Shown here in pieces: positions 12,892 to 24,120 of a DNA stretch of 64,000 nt (position 1 is the stretch's first letter; every line of letters starts with the position of its first letter). A model generated the notes under the pieces. That model was given only the letters and a program-made list of their open reading frames with translations. It had not been told where the DNA came from and searched no databases. This DNA comes from Chiloscyllium plagiosum (Eukaryota), in contig NC_057718.1 in NCBI RefSeq assembly GCF_004010195.1, positions 49,687,239 through 49,751,238 on the forward strand, written 5' to 3'. Position numbers and translations under genes: made by a program.

Positions 12892-13473
12892 AGACACCTG
12901 TTTATATCGAAGTTCTGCAATTGGAGATACCAAATTGATTGTTGTCATTATACTGCAAGTGTCCTAGTAATAGTAAGTGGATAAAGTATTGACTTAATAC
13001 GTACGGGTTTAAAGTCCCGTGGGGTTAGAGTCTCCATAAAAGCAACAAGGTACGCACGGGTTTAAAGTCCCGTGGGGTTAGGGTCCCCATAAAAGCAACA
13101 AGGTGCGTAAGCATGAGGAGGTTTAAAGTCCATTGAGCAGGATCTCATAAAAGCAACGCTCACAAATTTTGGTTTATGATTGATGTGTTGTAAGTTTTAA
13201 AATTATATTGGGGAACGTACGGAGGGTGGCAGAAAAGCCAGTAGTGTCTCGAAGACAAAGACGGTGGTGTCTCAGCGAGAGAGAGTCAGCAGTGGAAACC
13301 TAACGGTGACAACGAAACTGCTGATAATTCTCACTGAAAGGGTCAGTTGCTCGGGTGTACTCCATACAAACAGACTGGCAACCGGATTTGTCTCTGATTG
13401 GGTTGGTTGCTCGGTTATATTACATCCAAACCAACTGACTACTGGACGGGAGGATAAAAAAACCCCACATAAA

Positions 13474-13985
13474 ATGGAAGGGGAGATGTTCATCAGTGCA
13501 AGAGCCAGATGCTCACTCAACACCGTATAGTGCTGAGAGTGAAAAGAGGGGAAGATTACATGACTCAGGTCAGTTACTAGATGATGGGTTCTCAGACAGA
13601 AGAAGGAGAGATTTGAGGGAAGAAAGAGACAGAGAGAAATTGGTTGGGGAGCCATCTCAAAATAGTACGGAAATTAAAGACGAAGAATCCCTGACAGAGG
13701 ATGACCCACACACCACCCCATCACTTTGACAGGCTCACTCACAATGCATACGGGAACACGGCCCTCCACTGAAGCCCCTACCTGAAACAAGATATAACCT
13801 GTGTCAAAGAGACCCATTATGACAACCCACAAAGTATCAGCACCACCAAATGCCATTAATTTACAGAGGCTCCTATATGGGGGATGTTTATCAGCCCTTC
13901 ACATTAACTGACATGAATTGCATCCTGGATAAGATGCCCCCACCCACTGAGGGAGGTTGGCCCTGGATGACTAAATTTTGCCAAT
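13474..13985 (+). pseudogene. gag: gag remnant (frameshifted and deleted, includes capsid N-terminus)
   Basis: ATG in aaaATGG context at 13474; later frame reads MPLIYRGSYMGDVYQPFTLTDMNCILDKMPPPTEGGWPWMTKFCQL, resembling fish ERV capsid starts. Confidence 0.65.
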
Positions 13986-14495
13986 TGGTGTGACTTGTTT
14001 GCAGTGACCAACGTCTGTTGGACCTGCTGACCACAAGGTATCTGGTAGAGTGTCAAGCATCGCTGCAGCCTGTGGATAGTCTGTTTTTTCCCTGCCATGA
14101 AACCTTTCAATCTGCCTGTGTTCCAGCAGTACCTTGTCAATTGTCCTGTACATAATTCTGTAGGCTTCCTCTAATGCCCGGGTTGGCCACATTCAAAACA
14201 GGTATTGGGAGGCTGACCTCTGAGTCCTCCGCGGCCGACCTCCCTCAGTGGGTGGGGGCATCTTATCCAGGATGCAATTCATGTCAGTTAATGTGAAGGG
14301 CTGATAAACATCCCCCATATAGGAGCCTCTGTAAATTAATGGCATTTGGTGGTGCTGATACTTTGTGGGTTGTCATAATGGGTCTCTTTGACACAGGTTA
14401 TATCTTGTTTCAGGTAGGGGCTTCAGTGGAGGGCCGTGTTCCGTATGCGTTGTGAATGAGCCTATCAAAGTGACGGGGTAGGTGTGTGGGTCATC
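13982..14495 (-). pseudogene. Inverted gag-NC-pol segment
   Basis: Minus strand has a copy of gag 13700-13957, a partial zinc knuckle GRGGLRGQPPNTCFECGQPGH (14174-14200), then LPDTLWSAGPTDVGHCKQVTPI, which continues into the post-gap TPITFDL of pol. Confidence 0.8.
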
Positions 14496-15195
14496 NNNNN
14501 NNNNNNNNNNNNNNNNNNNNNNNNNNNNNNNNNNNNNNNNNNNNNNNNNNNNNNNNNNNNNNNNNNNNNNNNNNNNNNNNNNNNNNNNNNNNNNNNNNNN
14601 NNNNNNNNNNNNNNNNNNNNNNNNNNNNNNNNNNNNNNNNNNNNNNNNNNNNNNNNNNNNNNNNNNNNNNNNNNNNNNNNNNNNNNNNNNNNNNNNNNNN
14701 NNNNNNNNNNNNNNNNNNNNNNNNNNNNNNNNNNNNNNNNNNNNNNNNNNNNNNNNNNNNNNNNNNNNNNNNNNNNNNNNNNNNNNNNNNNNNNNNNNNN
14801 NNNNNNNNNNNNNNNNNNNNNNNNNNNNNNNNNNNNNNNNNNNNNNNNNNNNNNNNNNNNNNNNNNNNNNNNNNNNNNNNNNNNNNNNNNNNNNNNNNNN
14901 NNNNNNNNNNNNNNNNNNNNNNNNNNNNNNNNNNNNNNNNNNNNNNNNNNNNNNNNNNNNNNNNNNNNNNNNNNNNNNNNNNNNNNNNNNNNNNNNNNNN
15001 NNNNNNNNNNNNNNNNNNNNNNNNNNNNNNNNNNNNNNNNNNNNNNNNNNNNNNNNNNNNNNNNNNNNNNNNNNNNNNNNNNNNNNNNNNNNNNNNNNNN
15101 NNNNNNNNNNNNNNNNNNNNNNNNNNNNNNNNNNNNNNNNNNNNNNNNNNNNNNNNNNNNNNNNNNNNNNNNNNNNNNNNNNNNNNNNNNNNNNN

Positions 15196-17843
15196 ACACC
15201 AATCACATTCGATTTAATAGACCACACTCCGATTTGGCAGAGACAATACTCACACAAACCAGAGGCTGAAGCTAGCATTGCCGACACAATTGAAGGATTG
15301 TTAGCAGCAGGGGTGCTGGAACCCTCCCAGTCAGCCTGGAACACTCCTATTTTACCTGTAGAGAAGCAGAATACAGGTAAATATAGGATGGCACATGATC
15401 TTAGACGGATCAATAGTGTTGTCTCTACTCCAACAGTTCCAGTTCCAAACCCATACATTGCAATGCTGCAGACAAACAGTGTCTTTTCTGGGTAGAGTTA
15501 TTTCCGCTAAAGGAACAGGTGTGTTTCCGTCCCATAGATCCTCCATTTTGCATCATACCAAATCAGTCACTGTAAAAGACATGCTCTCATTTCTTGGGTT
15601 GGCAGGATACAGCAGACAATTTGTTGCATCATATGGGGAGCTCACTTTCCCTCTGAGGGCCATGGTATATGAGCAAGGCATGAGAAATTTGTCGGCCCAT
15701 TTGCAGTGGACCACAGAGGCAGACGAAAGTTTCATATCTCTCAAACAGGCCCTAACGCGGGCTGCTGATTTAGCGGTCCCGGGTTATAAAGAGCCATTTT
15801 TCCTCAATGTTTCTGAAAAATCATACACAATAAATGGTGTTCTTTTTCAGAAAAAAAGCGGGAGGCAGGCAGGTGCTGATGTATGTAAGTGTTACCCTTG
15901 ACCCAACAGAGGACAGACACCCGCCATGTACAAGGCATGCAGCAGGGGTAGCAAAAATTCTCCAAAAGGTAGCACATATAGTCATGAACTCAACAGCCTT
16001 CACAATGACGTCACTGTGGCAAACCAGGTTAGAGAAAATCCTGAATGCACCACATATAACTTTCACACATGAAGGAATCAACATGGCTGCCAACATGGGA
16101 GAAGGAGAACCACACATGTGCGAGGAAAGGGTACAGGAAGACATCAAAGTTAGGGCAGACTTACAGGCAAAACCACTAGTAGACCCAGAAGAAGTGCTGT
16201 TCACAGATGGTTGCCGTTACAGACATCCAACTGAAGGACTTAAAGCAGCCTAAGCAGTGGTGTGACAGACAAGTGAGGGATTTGAGGAAGTGTTGACAGG
16301 AAAAGTGACAGGCAAAGAATCAGTCCAGTTGGCTGAACTACAGGCAATAATAGCTGCGTTAGAATGGTCAGAGGGAAAAAGAGTGAACATCTACACTGAC
16401 TCTGTATACGTGGTAGGAGCTATACAGATAGAACTCAGTCAATGGATCAGAGCAGGATTCTTGACAGCAGCAAAAATACCAATCAAACATGAAAAAGATG
16501 TGAAAAGATTAGCGGAGGCCCTAATAAAACCTGCAGAAGTGGCAGTGGTCAAGTGTAGAGGACATGACAGAACTGATACAACAGTAGCTAAGGGCAATCA
16601 GGAAGCAGACTTAGCAGCAAAAAAAGCAGCAGGATATACACCCCAGTACATAATGATGCAAACAGAGAGAACAGTGTATGACCTGCTGCCCGCCTGCGAT
16701 GCAAATGTGTTAATAAAAGAGCAACAGAAAGCCTCTCCTCATGAACTGACAGTATGGAGAGAGGGGCCACAGAGTCAGAAGGGATTTGGAGGTCACCGGA
16801 CGGTAGACCAGTGCTACCCCCAGGTTTGATAGCTTCCATGCTCCAGGAAGCTCATGGGTTGACACACTGTGGAAAAACGCAGATGCAGGGGTATCTGACA
16901 CATTGGTGGCATCCGTTCTTGCCAGCAATGATTGAAAATTACATCAGAGGATGTAAAACGTGTACAGAATACAATGTAAAAGCAACAGTGAAACCTCACG
17001 AGGGAAAATTCCCTCTCCCAAGAATGCCAGGTCAGGAAATAGTGATTGACTACACTGACATGATAGAGAGAGTAAACGGATACCGGTACCTTTTGGTAGC
17101 AGTGGATGCATACACTGGTTGGCCAGAAATGATACCTACGAAAAAGGAAGACGCAAAAACAGTGATCAAATTCTTGATAAACCAATACATTCCAATGCAT
17201 GGGTTTCCAAAGCGAGTCAGGTCAGATAATGGCACACATTTCAAGAAGAATGACCTGCAAGAAGTTGAAGCAGCTTTAGGACTGAAACATGCGTTTGGAA
17301 CAGTGTACCATCCTCAGTCACAGGGAAAAGTGGAAAGAATGAATCAGTCCATAAAAGGAAAAATAGGAAAAGTGTGTGCACAAACAAAGTTAAGCTGGGT
17401 GGATGCCCTTAGCTTTAATGTCCATTAGAAGCTCAGTAAACTCTATCATAGGGTTCACCCCATATGAGCTAACAACAGGGCAGCAGCAGTTCCCGGGACC
17501 AGGAGCTGGAATACAGATGTTAGAGGGAGGAGGAGCCTCTCTAAGGTACAAACGTTACTATGACCAACTAACAGCTTGGGTGTCAGTTTTCTCTAAACAG
17601 GTTGGAACGGCAAATGGGGACCTACAGAGCCAGGCGCCATCTACCACGGACTGGGTCCTGCTGAAAGTGATCAAACGGAAGTGGTCGGAGCCAAGGTGGA
17701 CAGGACCTTATAAGGTGGTGGAGAGGACATCTCATGCGGTCAGACTACAGGGGAAAGGAGAAAGCTGGTACCATTGGAGCCAGTGTGCAGCCACGGAACC
17801 GCCAACGAGAACTCTAGAACAAATAAGAACAGAAAAAGTGTAG
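15196..17843 (+). pseudogene. pol: pol pseudogene: RT (catalytic core deleted), connection, RNase H, integrase
   Basis: WNTPILPVEK, YRMAHDLRRIN, FLGLAGYSRQF; RNase H LFTDG, QLAELQAI, NIYTDS, GNQEAD; IN HHCC (HGLTH..CKTC) and DDE (IDYTD, SDNGTHF, GKVERMN); several frameshifts and stops. Confidence 0.95.
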
Positions 17844-17854
17844 AAGGGTCTTAA

Positions 17855-17871
17855 ACTTTTAATTTTTGCAG
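17855..17871 (+). promoter_or_regulatory. Putative env splice acceptor
   Basis: cttttaatttttgcag|g immediately after the pol stop codon. Confidence 0.55.
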
Positions 17872-17881
17872 GAAGAGGGTT

Positions 17882-18217
17882 CTGGAAAAAGGGGGGAGTG
17901 TGCTCTATGTTCAGAGATCAATGTTGTACGCTCATCCCCAACAATACAGCACCTGATGGCTTGGTAACCAGAGCCCTGGAAGGACTAAGAACCTTGTCTG
18001 AAGAAATGCATGAACACTCAGGTATTGATAACCCTCTAGGAGGCATCTTCGACTCATGGTTTGGGAAATGGAAATGTGTTTATGTCCCTCGTTGGTATGA
18101 TGACTGCGTTAGTGTTGTGTGGATGTTGTTGTATCCCCTGTATTAGATCTCTGTTGAACTGGGTAATCATCACAGCAATTGAAAGGAAGGCTCTCTCGCC
18201 CTACCAGATGTCATAGA
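17882..18217 (+). pseudogene. env: env remnant (TM subunit C-terminal part only)
   Basis: EKGGVCSMFRDQCCTLIPNNT (end of immunosuppressive-domain-like region plus CX6CC); after a frameshift a hydrophobic anchor VFMSLVGMMTALVLCGCCCIPCIRSL. SU absent. Confidence 0.88.
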
Positions 18218-18317
18218 TGGAGACGGAAACCATGGCTCTGGCAGGAAGGGAAGACTATGCATCAGAGAGCGAATGTGATGTATAAAACTGGTTTGTTGGT
18301 CTCATTTTCATGAGACC

Positions 18318-18327
18318 AAAAGGGGGA
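18318..18327 (+). promoter_or_regulatory. Polypurine tract
   Basis: AAAAGGGGGA 2 nt before the TGT start of the 3' LTR. Confidence 0.85.
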
Positions 18328-18329
18328 CT

Positions 18330-18845
18330 TGTAAGTATATGGCTTGGTGGGAGTGGCCACGGTTGCGGTCGGGGGAACGAGATAAACAGAAAGGGTATTA
18401 CCGCCCTGTGCGTACAGATACGGGATGTGTGGTGCTCTCTGGTTGCAAGAGGAGACTGTTTCGCGCGCAAGCGGAGGTCACGTGGAGACTGTTTCGCGGG
18501 CAGAAGGGGTCAGACATCCTGGAACGCGAGAAGGCGGAAAATGGAGTCAGATCAACAGCCAATCAGAAGACAATCCCACCTCAGTGATTGCATGATGTTC
18601 TGTACTTTATAAAAGACTGGGTCAGGGACAGGAATAGGTCGGACTTCGTGAACTGACACACTTTGCTGTTTGTCAGGGACGGGAAGACCTAGACCCAGAG
18701 CTCTGTATACTTTATCCACTTACTGCTAAAATAAACTAAGAGTTTGAGACCGAATATCTTCTCCTATTGCTTCATTGAAAGAACACGCAGGACCCGGCTC
18801 ACACATAGAGGAAAGTAAGCTGGTAGATTGAGCCAAAGTCCAACA
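18330..18845 (+). repeat. ERV 3' LTR (516 bp) with AATAAA at 18730-18735
   Basis: Direct repeat of the 5' LTR; ends ccaaca, followed by TSD agtg. Confidence 0.95.
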
Positions 18846-19244
18846 AGTGATACTACCATCACACATGGTCAAGAGTGCAAAAGGAGTCCTTCATCATGGC
18901 TATTTTGCACATGGTCTGCACATGAGGAACATGTGAAGAATATTTTCCTACGGTAAAGCATGACCAGTTGCGGAAAGCGAGAGGGAGAGGTGACTGAAGT
19001 GTCATTCTTTCTGGTACAGATACAGGAGTTACCTGGATTTCCAGTGCAACATCTGAGTACTTTCTGTCTTGGCCACTGTAACATATTGCTGGGTGCCAGG
19101 CAATGCACTGAACATCTTCAAGTGTAAATGTGTGCATCAAAATTCTGTCTGGACATCACCTCAGTGTTCAATTTGTAGGTTTCTATTTAGCATTACCAGG
19201 CACATCCAAATCATGGTGATTGGAACTTAGAAACCATTCACAAA

Positions 19245-19850
19245 GACATGTCTTAGTACAATTGCACATTGACGCTATCGTCAAGAAAGCACAGCAGTGC
19301 CTCTATTTCCACAGAAGGCTAGGGAAATTTAGCATATCCACAGAGACTCATTCAAATTTTAATAGATGCACTACAGAAAGTGTTCTATATGGATAATGAC
19401 TTGCTATGGCAACTGCTCTTCCCAAGACCGAAAGAAACTACAGAGTTGTGAACACAGCCCAGTCCATTAAGCAAACCAGCTTTCCATCCATTTGACTTTA
19501 TCTATTCTTTCCACTGCCTCAGGAAAACAACCCACTTACTTAAAAACCCTTCCACAATGGTTTTACTCTCTTCCATCTTCTTTCATCAGGCAGAAGACTT
19601 AAAAGTTGCATACATGTACAAACAGATTCAAGAACTGCTTCTTCCCCATTGTTATCAAACTTTTTAATGAATCTCTTTAATGTTAATGTTGATCTCTCTC
19701 TGCTCCTTCTTGGCAGCTGTAACACTGTGTCCTGTACTTGGTTCTGTTCCTCTGATGCACTTGTGTAGTACAATCTGCTTGTAAAACACATAAGACGACA
19801 CTTTTCACTGTACCCCAGTATGTGTGACAGTAATAAATCAAATCAAACAA
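19245..19850 (+). mobile_element. Rex1/Babar-like LINE 3' fragment
   Basis: Decayed KAQQCLYF.RRLGKF...NRCTTESVL...CYGNCS, typical of the Rex1/Babar RT C-terminus; aataaatcaaatcaaa tail. Confidence 0.7.
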
Positions 19851-22051
19851 ATGAAACAAATCATATAGTGCCTGCTTTCACCTTTTGGCCAAAATAACCC
19901 ATGTATTATAAATAAGAATGAGGAAATGTTGGAAACACTTCTTTAGCAGTGTCTGCAAGGAGAGAAACAAAGTTGACATTTCAGGTTTGTGACCTTGCTA
20001 TGTGCTAAATTGATCTTTGTATAATTCCAGTTCTTTCTGTTTATATGAGATCAAAGTTTTAAACAAGTATCTGGAAATTTCAGCACTGCTCAATTACAAA
20101 AGTAAAACTGAAGTAGCTTTCAGTCTAGAGAATATGAAAAGCTAAGTTGCACGAGTTTAACAAAAAATCCCTGTGATCAACAGCCGCTTTCTCTGGTCTG
20201 TAAGTGTAGGTGGGAGGTACTTGGGAGAGAGCCCTTGATGAATTCACAAGCCCAGGTTGGCTTCAAGGGAAATAGTTAGTAACATCACTACCTTAGTTTT
20301 TAGACATTATGTTCCATTATTCTTACTTTTTATATAACAATAAGTTATTTAGTATTTGTCTTGCCTGCCTGTTGCAATAGAGCCTGGGGAAAATGGAATG
20401 ATAAATACAATTGAAGCAAGTAAAGCAGTTAAGGAGTGAACAGTGACAGAAAGCCATGACAATACTCACATATGATGCTGATTGTTCCTTTGACTAATTC
20501 AGACATTCAATTTGGAATGATTTGGTCAGACCTGCTGATGGACAATAATATGAGGCATTAGCCTGCAGATTTGAAGCCATAGAAGTGGCTACTGTATTAG
20601 GCTGGAAGACAGTTCAGTATTATAGGTGTTAAGGCAGCACTGGAAGAGGCATTCAGTTGGGAACTAGCTTACAGTAATGCTGAACAACCAGATAGCAATC
20701 CATTGTGCTGGACCTTTGCAAAGACAGACGAAGTAAGTTAAAAATGGAAAAAGAAATTAGGAGGTCTGAGGCAAGAGGAAGCACTTGAATCCAGGTTGGT
20801 AATCCATAAACAAAACCACTCAGGATTAGGATCAACAAGAATTTAGATGAAAGTTGATGGGATAGATGACTCAATCCTGAGAAAAGGTGAACAAAGTCAG
20901 TGGCCATCTTGAAAGAAATGAACAGAGGGGATTTGTGAATCCAAGATTTCAGGATTAACAAAGTTATCTGAAAGCGACCTAAGTGTGAAGATTTTAGTAC
21001 ATGTTGGAGGTTTGTCAGTCCAGTTTGATCATGAAGGTAAATACATAATGCAGCAAAAACCTTGACATCAGAAAACCTTTGTGAGTGAGAACAGCTCAAG
21101 AACTCCAAAGAGCTCAAGGAAAATTAGAGAGTGGAAAGGTGTCAGTGATCAGGAAGAGGTCAGAGATAACTAAAATAATTGTCTGTGAGGAGATTAGTTA
21201 TGCTACAGAAAGCAGAGAAAGGAACTACAAAGGATAACATTTATACTAGTTAGCAGGAGTAGAGCAGAAGTTATGGTCATAGAATTAAGAGGAAACCAGA
21301 GGAACAGAAGTAGCAACAGAAACAATGCTAGAAGCAAGAGCACACCAGCTGGAGCCTTCCAAATTTAATTGTCCCAGATTTGAGGAGGTAACCTCTGACA
21401 TTTTGCACTGGAGCTATAGTGGAAGGTCTAAATGAGGGAGAGTTTGCAAATATCCTATCACCAGCCAGCAGGTTCCCTTATTCTTTTACCTCATGATTAT
21501 ACATTTCAGGATAAATTTTTAAAGTGAAAAGTTCGTATAAAATGTCCTACAGCTCTTTAACCTTCATTGCAATATGTTGGAAACTTATTTCCCGCTTTTA
21601 TTTCTGTACAGTGTTGACAAAAAAAAAGACAGCTCATGATGGTAGCCGGTAATCAAACAATTCATAATCATTCATAAGTTCATTCTATTTACCTAAATTA
21701 TCTTCATTCATCCAAACTACTTAAATATTGAAACTGAGGCAGGCACAGAAGCTAAAAACATACAATACAAACGAAGGGAGGTAAATGCTGATGACAATTA
21801 AAGAACAATAAGTAACCACCCAGGTGTGGGGTTCACAAAACTCTTCGGCCTTTTTGGGTAATAGACTGGGTCTTTCTTCAGTCAGGAGACAACTGATCAC
21901 AAAAAGCCATTGGAGGATCCAATGAGACTGTCAAGAACACCCTGTAAAGATTGCCAAAGGCTGTACAGCATTTCCAAACTTTCAATGGTAAGATGTTAAG
22001 GAGAACTAGAATTACTGTGCAATTTGAAGTGTATGGAAACTTCACAGTGAT

Positions 22052-23500
22052 ATGTATGTAAGTTAGCTTGCTGAGCTGGAAGGTTTGTTTTCAGATGTTT
22101 CATCACCATGATTAGGTAACATCATCAGTGAGAGTCTCTGGTGAAGTGCTGGTGGTATGCCCTGACTCTCTATTTATAGGTCTTGGTTTCTTAAGGTGGG
22201 TGATGTCATTTCTGGTTCTTTTTCTCAAGGGAAGGTAGATAGGGTCTAAATTGATGTGTTTATTGATGGAGTTCTGGTTAGAATGCCATGCCTCTAAGAA
22301 TTCTCGTGCGTATCTTTGTTTTGCCTGTCCTAGGTGATGTGTGTTGTCCCAGTCAAAGTGGTGTCCTTCTTTGTCTATATGTATGGAAACTAGTGATAGA
22401 GGGTCATGTCTGTTGGTGGCTAGTTGGTGTTCATATATCCTGGTGGCAAGTTTCCTGCTTGTTTGTCCAATATAGTGCTTTTTCCAGTTCTTGTGTGGTA
22501 TTTTGTAAATAATGTTAGTTTTGCTGGTAGTATCTAATGGATCCTTTAGGTCTGAGTCGCTGTTTAAGTGTGTTGGTAGGTTTGTGGGCTACCATGATGC
22601 CAAGGAGTCTGAATAGTCTGGAAGTCATTTCTGATATGTCTTTGATGTAAGGTAATGTGGCCATAGTTTTTGACTGTGTTGTGTCTGAGGAATTGGCAGA
22701 TTATGTTTATTGTGTACCCGTTTTTCTTGAAAACATTGTATAGATATTTTTCTTCTGCTGTTTGTAGTTCTTGAGTGCTGCAACGTGATGTGACTCGTTG
22801 AAATAATGTCTTCATGCAGCTCGTTTGTGGGTATTGGGATGACTGCTTCTGAAATATTTGGTCTGTGTGTGTTGTTTTTCTGTAGACGCTGGTTTGAAGC
22901 TCTCTGTTAACTGTACGTTCAACTGCCACATCCAGGAATGGGAGTCTGTTGTTCTCCTCTCCTTTTGTGAATTTTATGTCTGTCAGGATATTGTTGATGG
23001 TGTTGTATGTTTCTTCTAATTTGTTCCATTTTGTGATGACAAAGATATCATCCAGATAAAGGTCTCAAAGTTTGGGTTGGATCAATGGGAGGGCTGCTTG
23101 TTCTAGTCTTTGCATTACTGCCTCCGCTATGAGCCCTGATATTGGTGATCCCCCGGGTGTCCTTTGACTGGGACAACACACACATCCTCGGACAAGTGAA
23201 ACAAAGGCACGCACGAGAATTCTTAGGGGCATGGCATTCTAACCGGAACTCCATAATAAACACATCGATTTAGACCCCACCTACCTTCTCTTGAGAAAAA
23301 GAAAATGACATCACCCATTTTAAGAAACTAAGACCTATAAATAGAGAGGTGGGACATACCACCAGCACTTCACCGGAGACACTCCCTAATGATGTTACCT
23401 AGTCATGGTGATTAAATGAATGAAAATGAATCTTCCAGCTCAGCGAGCTAATTTATATACATATCATCAACATGAGCTACAAATCTGCTCAAAAATCACT
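22052..23500. mobile_element. Penelope-like element (Poseidon-like) with inverted pseudo-LTRs and 14-bp TSD
   Basis: Minus-strand RT (YLDDIFVIT, TSVYRKTTHTDQ); GIY-YIG C-terminus HAREFLGAWHS on plus; 22052-22350 is an inverted repeat of ~23165-23465; TSD aacttcacagtgat at 22038-22051 and 23501-23514. Confidence 0.85.
22092..22134 (-). ncRNA. Hammerhead ribozyme motif in a PLE pLTR
   Basis: Minus strand: CTGATGA tgttacctaatcatggtgat GAAA catc. Confidence 0.6.
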
Positions 23501-23799
23501 AACTTCACAGTGATCTTAAGGGAATACAGGAAGTGCAGACAGACTAAATGCAAATGGTTTCATGCATACACACATGCTGTTGCAACATCTGTACAAATTT
23601 ATCAGAGAACTGTATGGCTCAATGGGTAGAATTCCACGCTCTGGACTCTCTGAGGGAGTGGGTTTAGTTGCAAGGAAAATTATGTTGAATGTTAAAGGAG
23701 AGTGCTCAGCAGAGGTTATTAAAGTTTACAGAATAGCTAATAGGACAGAGAATGGAAAGGGTCAGGAATACAACTTCAGGCACAGCAGATGAAGGGACA

Positions 23800-24120
23800 A
23801 TTCATAGGATCCCTACAGTGTGGAAGCAGGCCATTCGGTCAATCAAATACATACTGACCCTCCGAAGAGCATCCCATCCATACTCACACTCGACCCCTGT
23901 CTACCCCATGGCTAACCTCACCTAGCCTGTACATTATGAGCAATTTAGCATGGCCAAACCACCTAACTAGCACATCTTTGGATAGTGGGAGGAAACCGGA
24001 GCACCCGAGAGAAACCCACGCAGACCCTGGGAAAATATGCAAACTCCACACAGACAGTGACCCGAAGCTGGAATCGAACCCAGGTCCCTGGAACTGTGAG
24101 GCAGCAGTGCTAACCGTGAG
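23800..24120 (-). mobile_element. HE1/V-SINE-like SINE
   Basis: Reverse complement has the tRNA-like head (gttagcactgctgcctcacag...gggttcgattcc). Confidence 0.85.

Larger units (their letters stand above)
12203..18845 (+). mobile_element. Defective endogenous retrovirus, class I (gamma/epsilon-like, fish-type)
   Basis: TG...CA LTR pair; 4-bp TSD AGTG (12199-12202 and 18846-18849); PBS, PPT; gag, RT-RNase H-IN order; env TM remnant. Confidence 0.96.

Noticed and set aside
12998..13157. CRISPR-like array or programmed frameshift site (GGGTTTA plus hairpin)
   Set aside because: Eukaryotic context, no unique spacers, and it lies upstream of the gag ATG outside any credible ORF.
13315..13350. 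Hammerhead-like ctgataa...gaaa...gtc in the ERV leader
   Set aside because: Core is CTGATAA rather than CTGANGA, and stem II cannot form.
14373..15495. Long ORFs of 240-360 aa
   Set aside because: Mostly translated N-gap; only the flanking gag and pol pieces are real. The same applies to the ORFs over the 8595-8968 gap.
20560..21430. Purine-rich stretch, possibly decayed retrotransposon gag
   Set aside because: No motif I can support; stops in all plus-strand frames.
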